From positions 1 through 24,899 of the forward strand of contig JASFEA010000029.1 in NCBI GenBank assembly GCA_050125095.1: a stretch of 24,899 bases of DNA, in the 5' to 3' direction. Source of the DNA: a bacterium. Its GTDB lineage: Bacteria > Arandabacterota > Arandabacteria > Arandabacterales > JALGWA01. Position numbers and translations under genes: made by a program. Shown piece by piece: positions 17,538 to 24,899 of the stretch. Each line of letters opens with the position of its first letter. The stretch's first letter is position 1. Under the pieces are notes generated by a model. It saw nothing but the letters and a program-made list of their open reading frames with translations, searched no databases and was not told the origin of the DNA.

Positions 17538-17679
17538 GCCATGCTCATCCGCTCGATTGTGCTACGACTCCGGTCCTTCACCTCTCCGGCGCCGCCCACC
17601 GGCCGAACCGGGAGGGCGCCAAGTTCTCTGTCTCTCGATTGAACAACACAATGCGCGTTTGGTTCGCTATTTATTCAAG

Positions 17680-17773
<94 letters not shown>

Positions 17774-17793
17774 GCGCCCAAGACATATTCAGT

Positions 17794-17879
17794 TGGCGGA
17801 GGGAGTAGGATTCGAACCCACGGACCTTTCGGTCAACGGTTTTCAAGACCGCCGCCTTCGACCACTCGGCCATCCCTCC
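17794..17879 (-). tRNA. tRNA-Ser(TGA)
   Basis: GCGGT-CT-TGA-AA-ACCGT anticodon arm, variable arm GACC-GAAA-GGTC, CCA. Confidence 0.96.
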
Positions 17880-17911
17880 GCGGATACCTACTCCAGAGGA
17901 GGGGGTTATAG

Positions 17912-19057
17912 TTACTCCCCCTCAAGCTCCTGCTGTTCCTTAATGAGTTCCCTGCGCTCTATGAGCTTCTGCTGCCGCGCGATCTCCTTGGTGGCGTACG
18001 AGGACCAAGTCGCGTCGCCCGTGTTGACGGCCTTCTGGAACCATCTGATGGCCTCTTCATAATTGGTCTTCTTCTCATAGGCCTTGCCCTTCACGCAGAA
18101 AGCAGCGGCGCTGTTGGGGTCGGCCGCGAGTGCACGGTCGGCGGCGGCTATGGCGTCGTTATAGCGCCCTGAGGTGTTATACATATCTCCGAGGTACGTC
18201 AGGAGGTTCACCATATCGGGCCTGATCTCGAGCGCCTTCTCGGTGTGCCCGATGGCCTGGTCATTCATACCCATATCCATGTAAGCCTGCGCCGCGCTTA
18301 TCCTCAGCTGCACATCGTCCGGAGCCTGGGCAATGGCGCTCTCGTAGTAGTCGGCCGACGCGGTGAAGTTCCCCACTTTGCTGTAAAGGAACCCGAGCGG
18401 CTTGAGTATGTTATTGTCGTCGGGACTGAGCTCGAGCGCCCTCTCATAAAGTGGAATCGCGTCCGCATAGAGCTCGTTAACGTAAAGGAGATTCCCCAGC
18501 GTCAGGATATTGGTGGTATCATTCGGCCTGAGTTCAATGGCTTTCCTGTAGGACTCTATGGCCTCGGCCAGCATTCCCTGCTTTTCGTAGGTAGAGCCCA
18601 GGTTGACGTAGTAGTCGGGATTGTCGGGATTGAGCTCGTTCGCGATCATGTAGTTCTGGATCGCCAGATCAAACTCCCCCAGAACCCTGTAGGCATAGGC
18701 AAGCGAAGCGTACGCCGACGCGTCATTCGGAGCCAGTTCGACCGACCTCTTGTAAGCGTTAATCGACTCATCCAGCCTGCCCTGCTCGAGATATATGTAC
18801 CCGAGACTCCTGTAGGCCTTCTCGTAGTCGGGGTCCATCTCAAGAACCTTCTTGAACTCCCTCTGGGCGTCTACGTACATCTCGTTCTTGAGGTACTCCG
18901 CCCCGATATAGTAATGCTTGTCGATTTCGCTCATATCGGGTGTGTCTTGCTTGGCGGGCGTGGCCGGCTGCTCAGTGGTGGCGGTCTGGCCACCACAACC
19001 CAGAATCAAGCCTAAAGCAAGCAGAACAAGGGAAATGGTTAGTAACCTGCCGAACAT
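17912..19057 (-). CDS. TPR-repeat lipoprotein
   Basis: Lipobox LILGC; about nine 34-aa repeats (LG..Y...G...A...Y..A..L.P); SD AAAGGAG. Confidence 0.9.
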   Translation of the reverse strand: MFGRLLTISLVLLALGLILGCGGQTATTEQPATPAKQDTPDMSEIDKHYYIGAEYLKNEMYVDAQREFKKVLEMDPDYEKAYRSLGYIYLEQGRLDESINAYKRSVELAPNDASAYASLAYAYRVLGEFDLAIQNYMIANELNPDNPDYYVNLGSTYEKQGMLAEAIESYRKAIELRPNDTTNILTLGNLLYVNELYADAIPLYERALELSPDDNNILKPLGFLYSKVGNFTASADYYESAIAQAPDDVQLRISAAQAYMDMGMNDQAIGHTEKALEIRPDMVNLLTYLGDMYNTSGRYNDAIAAADRALAADPNSAAAFCVKGKAYEKKTNYEEAIRWFQKAVNTGDATWSSYATKEIARQQKLIERRELIKEQQELEGE

Positions 19058-19108
19058 CGGTGCCGCTCTCCTTTCTGGAAACTACTGCTGAATGGGATTT
19101 GCCAAGAG

Positions 19109-19137
19109 ACGATAACAAAATCCTCCCGGGGTGTCAA
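19109..19137 (-). promoter_or_regulatory. Sigma70-type promoter for the TPR lipoprotein and tRNA cluster
   Basis: TTGACA-17 nt-TATCGT with extended -10 TG. Confidence 0.7.
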
Positions 19138-19155
19138 TCGCTTTAGGGCGTCGCT

Positions 19156-20655
19156 TCACTTGGACGAAACGACCTTCACGACACGGCCGCTCTCTGAAAA
19201 AGTGATTCTCACGACGCGCTCGATATCGCGCCCCTCAACTGTTATGGTCTGCCGGAAAGTGGCGATGAACACCCTGCCCTCGGGCCTGGGTCCGCCCTTG
19301 GCCGCAGAGGACGGCCTCAGCATACCGATCTTCTTCGCAACCGCCTCGCCGGAAGCACCGGCCTGTTCGGAGACATCCGGCCGGACCCCTTCCAGCTCCG
19401 GGAATCGCTCGCGGGCTATCTTCACAATAGAAGCCAGCACTTCCTCCGAGACCATATCCGGGCTCCTGTCTTCCGATCCTCTACCTTTATATATACCAAC
19501 TGTCGGGTCGCCGAAAAGGTTAAATTCGAGGAGGGTCTTCCTGTCATCGCCGTCCAGATAGCCCTGACGGTTCAGCATCTCGGCCGCGAAGTCCACCTTT
19601 GCTTCGCGCAGAGCCCGGCCGGCGGTCTCGCCGGCAACCAGGCGCGTGAAGAAGAAATAGGCGAGGAGATCGGCCTCTGTCAGCCTCTCGTCGGGCGACC
19701 CGTAGGCAATGGCGCTCGACCCTATGAAGGCCGCGACGCCCACGCTCAGGAAACCCATGGCCACGGAGTCTTCCGGGGTCTTCCCGTCCACGAGCCCGCC
19801 ATAGCAGGCCTCGCTGAGCACGATGGCGTTTGCCGGAGCGGCCTCCGCCACTGTCTCCGGGCTCAGCACCCTGGGATACGACAGCCCGTCCTGGCCGTAC
19901 CAGTACTTCTCCTCCCTGGACCCGTGGACGTTGAAATAGATCATGGCCTCGCGCTCGAGCCACTCCGGCTCGAAGGTCGAGATGTCCACCGGCGGTGACG
20001 TTCGAAGGCCGCCGGCAGCTAAGGCGCCGTATACACGGGTGGATTCCATCTTCCACTCGAGCGCCGAAAGGCCGAAATGGGCGTTGCGCCCGGGTCCCTT
20101 CCACTCTCCCGACGCCGCCGCCTCGAGATAGGCAAGCAGGCCCCCGGCCGGCGCGGCCCCCAGCGGGATGCGCGCGACCGCCCTGTCCGGGAGCAGGAAG
20201 TCATCGACCGCGTCCTCATCACCGGCGGCCTTCTCGCCGCCTCCGGCCGCGGCCGCATAGGGGACGTCGGTAGGGAACTCCCGGTCAGAATCGGCTGCCG
20301 GGTTCTCGAGATACCAGTAGGGTACAATCTCGCCGCTTCCCACTATCAGAACATAATCGAAGCGGCCGGGCGAGCAGACGTCATTCTCGACCGCGCCCAG
20401 AGCCTCCCTGAGCGCCCGCGGCGTGATCTCGCCTTCGATCGAAGGGAAGTCGCCCGATGAGCGGGCGGCATTGTCGGGCACGTACACATGGACCCTAAGG
20501 CCGGCGGCCCGCCTGGCGGCGGCTATGCGGCCTATGGAGTCGTACACGCCCGCCACGCCGGATTCATCGAAATTGGACTCAAGCCCCGCGTGGGAGGTGA
20601 GTAGAAGCAGAGTCTCCGCTGAGTCCCGGTTTTGTCGCGCCAAATGAGGCCTCAC
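19156..20655 (-). CDS. Peptidase C25 (gingipain-like, clan CD) cysteine peptidase, no signal peptide, with extra C-terminal domain
   Basis: YVLIVGSGEIVP, TDVPYA, VARIP, YFNVHGS (His), LSEACYG (Cys), FNLFGDP; GTG 20655 overlaps the upstream TGA (GTGA). Start is inferred. Confidence 0.78.
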   Translation of the reverse strand: MRPHLARQNRDSAETLLLLTSHAGLESNFDESGVAGVYDSIGRIAAARRAAGLRVHVYVPDNAARSSGDFPSIEGEITPRALREALGAVENDVCSPGRFDYVLIVGSGEIVPYWYLENPAADSDREFPTDVPYAAAAGGGEKAAGDEDAVDDFLLPDRAVARIPLGAAPAGGLLAYLEAAASGEWKGPGRNAHFGLSALEWKMESTRVYGALAAGGLRTSPPVDISTFEPEWLEREAMIYFNVHGSREEKYWYGQDGLSYPRVLSPETVAEAAPANAIVLSEACYGGLVDGKTPEDSVAMGFLSVGVAAFIGSSAIAYGSPDERLTEADLLAYFFFTRLVAGETAGRALREAKVDFAAEMLNRQGYLDGDDRKTLLEFNLFGDPTVGIYKGRGSEDRSPDMVSEEVLASIVKIARERFPELEGVRPDVSEQAGASGEAVAKKIGMLRPSSAAKGGPRPEGRVFIATFRQTITVEGRDIERVVRITFSESGRVVKVVSSK

Positions 20656-21293
20656 CTGGCAAGCAGCTTCTCTACCCTCTCCAGAGAGACCCTGGTCCGA
20701 TCGGCCAGTTCGCCCTCCGGTTCCAGCTCGAGCACGACGCGCCACTCCCTCAAGGCTTCCACCAGAAGCCCCGACTCGGCAAAGGCCAGGCCGAGATTGT
20801 AGTGGGACTCGGCGTTGTCGGGGTCTATTTCGATGGACCTGGAGTAGGCTTTGACGGCCCCGTCCATGTTGCCCTTGCTGTAGTTGATCATCCCGATGTT
20901 GTTGTAGGCCTTGGGGTCTTTCGGGTCTATCGCGAGGGCCTCGGCGAGAAGCGCGAGAGCGGTATCCGGATCGGCAGTCTCGGCGTACAACATAGCCAGG
21001 TTGATACGGGCCTTGTTGAATTTGGGATTGAGCTCGAGCGCCTTCTCGTAGTTTAACCTCGCTTCCATGGGACTGGCGTCGTCGTAATATATATTGCCCA
21101 GCGCAAAATACACATTCTCGTCTTCGGGGTATTCCCTTGCCATCTCCTCGAGCTTCGAGATCTTGAGCTCGTTGTCAAGTGCCTCGTCTACCGTGTCGAC
21201 GGGAGCCCTCTTGACTCTCCGGCCGCATCCCGTCGCGAAAGCCAGAGCCATTATCAGGGCGGTTATCAGGCAGATCCGGTATAAGTCTCGCAT
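20652..21293 (-). CDS. TPR-repeat lipoprotein
   Basis: SD AGGAGG, ATG 21293, lipobox FATGC, about four TPRs (AYNNIG, SHYNLG). Confidence 0.88.
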   Translation of the reverse strand: MRDLYRICLITALIMALAFATGCGRRVKRAPVDTVDEALDNELKISKLEEMAREYPEDENVYFALGNIYYDDASPMEARLNYEKALELNPKFNKARINLAMLYAETADPDTALALLAEALAIDPKDPKAYNNIGMINYSKGNMDGAVKAYSRSIEIDPDNAESHYNLGLAFAESGLLVEALREWRVVLELEPEGELADRTRVSLERVEKLLAR

Positions 21294-21317
21294 GCCACCC
21301 TCCTCCTGGAGCGTCTC

Positions 21318-21346
21318 ATTATAAGCAGTTACCGCTTGCGTATAAA
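21318..21346 (-). promoter_or_regulatory. Sigma70-type promoter for TPR-C25 genes
   Basis: TTTATA-17 nt-TATAAT in the AT-rich divergent intergenic region. Confidence 0.55.
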
Positions 21347-21400
21347 CTTGAAGGCATCTTAACATAGCACCTGTAACTAAGTAAAGCGAGGATTGTTCCG

Positions 21401-22657
21401 GTGGCAAGCGAAAAGAGGAATCCCCTCACGGTCATGAAGTTCGGGGGCACCTCGCTGGCAACGCCCGAGCGCATCGGAGAGGTCGCGAGGCGGGTCGTCG
21501 CCAAGCGGGCCGCCGGCAATGACGTCATAGTGGTCGTATCGGCAATGGGAAACACAACGGACGACCTATTCCGCCTCGCCCGGACCATTAGCCCCAGTCC
21601 CCCCAAGCGTGAAATCGACATGCTTCTCACGGCGGGTGAGAGAATATCCATGGCGCTTCTGTCCATGGCCATTAATGAGCTCGGCTGTGATTCGATCTCA
21701 TTCACGGGCTCCCAGAGCGGCATCGTCACCGACACGAGCCACACGCGGGCCAGGATACTGGACGTGCGCGCATTCAGAGTCAAGGACGAGCTCGAAAAGG
21801 GCCGGATAGTGATAGTGGCGGGCTTCCAGGGGGTGAGCCCGGCCAAGGAAGTCACCACGCTGGGCAGGGGGGGCTCGGACACGACCTGCGTGGCGCTTGC
21901 CTCGGCCTTCAACGCCGACGCCTGCGAGATATACACCGATGTCGACGGTGTCTATACCGCCGACCCCAATACGGTGGCCCGCGCCCGCAAGCTCGGAGGG
22001 ATCTCGTATGATGAGATGCTGGAGATGGCAATCTGCGGCGCCCGGGTATTGCACGCGAGGAGCGTGGAGGTGGCGAGGCGCTTCGGCGTCCGCGTGCACG
22101 TACGGTCTACCTTCAAGAAGGAGATGGGAACCATAGTGACTTCAAATGCAGAAGTTGAAAAAGCGGACATACGCGGCATCGCTCACGACCTGGACGCGGT
22201 GCTGATAAGCTTCAGGGATGTCGCCGCATCGGAAGGCATCACCGCAAAAGTGCTCGAGGCTCTTGAAGGAAGCGACATCAACTTGAGGTTGGTCTATGCC
22301 TCTCCTGGCGCGAACGGCACTGAAAACCTGTCTTTCCTGGTGTCTGGCGAGGACGGGGAGAGCGCCGTCACGGCCCTCGGAGAGAATGTCACCGATATCG
22401 GCTTTGAGGTCGACGAGAGCGTCGCGGCCGTCTCCGTGATCGGCTATGGGATTTGCTCGGCGCCCGGTGTTACGCGGCGCATCCTGGGCTCGCTCCGAGA
22501 GCTTGGGATAAGCCCGAAGGCCGTATCGACCTCGGGCATCACGCTTACGATTATCATGGACGGCGAGAGAGCCACTGAAGCCATCAATAAGCTCCACGCC
22601 GACCTGGGCCTGGGCGAGTCTATTCGTAGTGAAGAGCGGCAATCGGGTCGAGCATAG
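21401..22657 (+). CDS. lysC: Aspartate kinase
   Basis: [42 protein letters not shown], two ACT domains; GTG start with GAGG. Confidence 0.95.
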   Translation: MASEKRNPLTVMKFGGTSLATPERIGEVARRVVAKRAAGNDVIVVVSAMGNTTDDLFRLARTISPSPPKREIDMLLTAGERISMALLSMAINELGCDSISFTGSQSGIVTDTSHTRARILDVRAFRVKDELEKGRIVIVAGFQGVSPAKEVTTLGRGGSDTTCVALASAFNADACEIYTDVDGVYTADPNTVARARKLGGISYDEMLEMAICGARVLHARSVEVARRFGVRVHVRSTFKKEMGTIVTSNAEVEKADIRGIAHDLDAVLISFRDVAASEGITAKVLEALEGSDINLRLVYASPGANGTENLSFLVSGEDGESAVTALGENVTDIGFEVDESVAAVSVIGYGICSAPGVTRRILGSLRELGISPKAVSTSGITLTIIMDGERATEAINKLHADLGLGESIRSEERQSGRA

Positions 22658-23834
22658 ACGCCTTGCGCGCCGGGTAGATCCCGAAGAAGATGCCGACGCC
22701 CGCGGCGAACGCGAACGCCAGCCCGATGCTCGCAGCCGATACCGCCGTGTTGAATCCCGCGAAGTGCGAAAGAGCCGTCGATCCGCCCCAGCCGATGCCT
22801 ATGCCGATAATGCCGCCCGCCACGCTTATTACTAACGACTCCAGCAGGAACTGGCCGAGTATATCTCTCTTCTTCGCGCCCACCGCGATTCTGGTTCCTA
22901 TCTCCCGCGTCCTCTCGGCGACCGAGACCAGCATGATATTCATTATGCCGATGCCGCCCACGAGAAGGGACACGGCGGCAATACCCGCCAGCAGGAAGGT
23001 CATCGTCTTGGAGGTCTCGCTGAAGACCTCGAGTATGTCCGCCTGGTTCCTTATGACGAAGTCATTCTCCTGACCGGGGCCCAGCCTGTGGCGCCGGCGC
23101 ATGACGTCTTCTATCTCAATGGTCGCCTGTTCGGTCAGGTCGCCGTCTTTCACTTTTATGGTGATTCCCGACAGCCGGTCGCGCCCGAAGACCCTGATCT
23201 GGCCCGTTGAGAGCGGGATATATATGACGTCGTCCACGTCGTACCACTGTGTTCCCCCCCTCTCGGCCACCGTGCCTATGACGGTGAAAGCGACCCGGTT
23301 GATGCGAATTACTTTGCCGATGGGGTCCTCGTCACCGAAGACGTTCTCGACAACCGTCCGTCCCAGGACGGCGACCCGCGCGCGCGACCTCAGGGCGCCC
23401 TCGTCGAAGACGCTTCCGGTCTCGATGGGTATGCTGTTCACATAGGCGAATTCCGGCGTGGTCGCCATCACGTATGTCGACCAGTTCTGATTCCTGTACT
23501 TGACCTGGGCGTTCCCCCTGGACTCGGACGTCACCGCGGCAACCGAGGGGCATTCGGCCAGAATGGCCGCCGCGTCGTCCTCCGTGAGGCTCTGAACCGT
23601 TCCGAGCCCGTATTGCACATGGCCCCTGGAAGCCGAACCCGGCCGGACATAAAGCAAATTGGTCCCGAGCGAAGTTATGTTGGACTCGATCTGGCGGCGC
23701 GCGCCCTCCCCCAGCGCCAGCATGGTGATCACCGCGGCGACTCCCACGATGATGCCCAGCATGGTGAGAAATGATCGGAGCTTATGGGCCCTGATGCCCT
23801 CAAGCGCTACAGTCACACCCTCGAATACGTCCAT
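22620..23834 (-). CDS. MacB-family ABC transporter permease
   Basis: [13 protein letters not shown], periplasmic domain, [37 protein letters not shown]. Confidence 0.94.
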   Translation of the reverse strand: MDVFEGVTVALEGIRAHKLRSFLTMLGIIVGVAAVITMLALGEGARRQIESNITSLGTNLLYVRPGSASRGHVQYGLGTVQSLTEDDAAAILAECPSVAAVTSESRGNAQVKYRNQNWSTYVMATTPEFAYVNSIPIETGSVFDEGALRSRARVAVLGRTVVENVFGDEDPIGKVIRINRVAFTVIGTVAERGGTQWYDVDDVIYIPLSTGQIRVFGRDRLSGITIKVKDGDLTEQATIEIEDVMRRRHRLGPGQENDFVIRNQADILEVFSETSKTMTFLLAGIAAVSLLVGGIGIMNIMLVSVAERTREIGTRIAVGAKKRDILGQFLLESLVISVAGGIIGIGIGWGGSTALSHFAGFNTAVSAASIGLAFAFAAGVGIFFGIYPARKASMLDPIAALHYE

Positions 23835-23835
23835 T

Positions 23836-24525
23836 CTATCTCAGCGTCCCCTCATCAGGCACCACCACCTGGCCGTCCCTGAGATAGATCATCCGGTTCG
23901 AGTAGTCGGCTATGTACTTCTCATGCGTAACCAGGACGACCGTCTTGCCCTCGGCGTTCAGGCTCTCGAAGATCGACATGATCTCCGAGCCGGTCTTGCT
24001 GTCGAGGTTTCCCGTCGGCTCGTCGGCCAGTACTATGGCCGGCTCGTTCACCAGCGCCCGGGCAATCGCCACCCTCTGGCGCTCCCCGCCCGAGAGCTCG
24101 CTCGGATTGTGGTGGACCCGGTCCTTGAGGCCCACCCTCTCAAGCATCTCCTGGGCCTTCGCCTCCCTCGTCTTCCGGGCTACGCTGGAGTACAGGAGCG
24201 GCAGCTCCACATTGTGCAGGCAGTTGGTTCTGGGCAGGAGGTTGAAGGTCTGGAAGACGAACCCTATGCGCTTATTGCGAATGCGGGCGAGGTTGTCGTC
24301 CGAAAGCTCGTCGACCTTGTCCCCGCCCAGGTAATACTCCCCCGACGACGGGCGGTCGAGGCACCCTATCAGGTTCATCAGCGTCGACTTGCCCGAGCCC
24401 GAGGGCCCCACGATGGAGACGAACTCCCCGTCGGCGATCGCAACGTCGATATCTCTCAGGGCGTGCACCGTGGTCTCTCCCATCTTGTAGTCTTTTACTA
24501 TGTTCTTCATATCAATGAGCGCCAT
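23836..24525 (-). CDS. MacB/LolD-type ABC transporter ATP-binding protein
   Basis: GPSGSGKST, LSGGERQRVAIARAL, LADEPTGNLD, VTHE. Confidence 0.95.
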   Translation of the reverse strand: MALIDMKNIVKDYKMGETTVHALRDIDVAIADGEFVSIVGPSGSGKSTLMNLIGCLDRPSSGEYYLGGDKVDELSDDNLARIRNKRIGFVFQTFNLLPRTNCLHNVELPLLYSSVARKTREAKAQEMLERVGLKDRVHHNPSELSGGERQRVAIARALVNEPAIVLADEPTGNLDSKTGSEIMSIFESLNAEGKTVVLVTHEKYIADYSNRMIYLRDGQVVVPDEGTLR

Positions 24526-24540
24526 CAGTCCAGCTTCCTC

Positions 24541-24899
24541 CTAATTCGATTTCCTGAATCCTGGCATGCTCCTTCCTCGTATCCTGTCCACGAATTCTCT
24601 CGAATACTGGAGGGCCCTGCTCGCCAGGAAGACGGCAACCTCCTCGCCCTCCGCAAGTCCTTCGGTTATCTCAAACTGGTTCCAGTCGGAGAGCCCGACT
24701 TCAACCCGCCTCATCTCGAAGCCGGTACCGGTCCTGACGAATACGAAATTGCCCCTCGGGCCCGGTTCTCCTTCGCCGCCGGCTACGCCCATCATTGCGG
24801 CGATGGCCATTGCTTCGCCCGGCTGCTGCACGGCCTTGCGGGGAACGACCAGCGCGTTGTCCCGGCCGGCGATGACTATGTCGACATTGGCGTTCATGC
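24541..24899 (-). CDS. MacA-like periplasmic adaptor subunit (C-terminal part; 5' end outside the window)
   Basis: MNANVDI...ALVVPRKAV...RRVEVGLSD...EITEGLAEGEEV; directly upstream of the ABC ATPase. Confidence 0.85.
   Translation of the reverse strand, partial: MNANVDIVIAGRDNALVVPRKAVQQPGEAMAIAAMMGVAGGEGEPGPRGNFVFVRTGTGFEMRRVEVGLSDWNQFEITEGLAEGEEVAVFLASRALQYSREFVDRIRGRSMPGFRKSN

Overview
GC-rich bacterial chromosomal core region. Lipoproteins, a MacA-like adaptor and an FlgD/T9SS-like C-terminal domain suggest a diderm, possibly FCB-related lineage; this is inference only. Read on the minus strand from right to left: a MacAB-type ABC exporter (partial) converging on lysC (+); TPR lipoprotein, C25/gingipain-like cysteine peptidase without a signal peptide, TPR lipoprotein; tRNA-Ser(TGA), tRNA-Ser(GCT), tRNA-Arg(ACG); beta-helix protein, GT-C/TPR membrane glycosyltransferase, 1707-aa M6 metalloprotease; tadA, tRNA-Ser(CGA), tRNA-Ser(GGA); an ECF sigma/zinc anti-sigma pair divergent from a small membrane protein; cyclophilin-like gene overlapping tRNA-Ala(CGC); M48 lipoprotein peptidase; large (Alu-domain) SRP RNA, dnaX, ybaB, recR; porC-porD-porA (partial). 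No integrase, transposase or CRISPR array was seen. The most notable items are the TPR-flanked C25 peptidase with an in-frame internal SD+ATG at its C-terminal domain, a 48-bp palindrome that reads as twin back-to-back ECF promoters, a CDS whose stop codon lies inside a tRNA, and a GGGGTCAG REP-like repeat pair.
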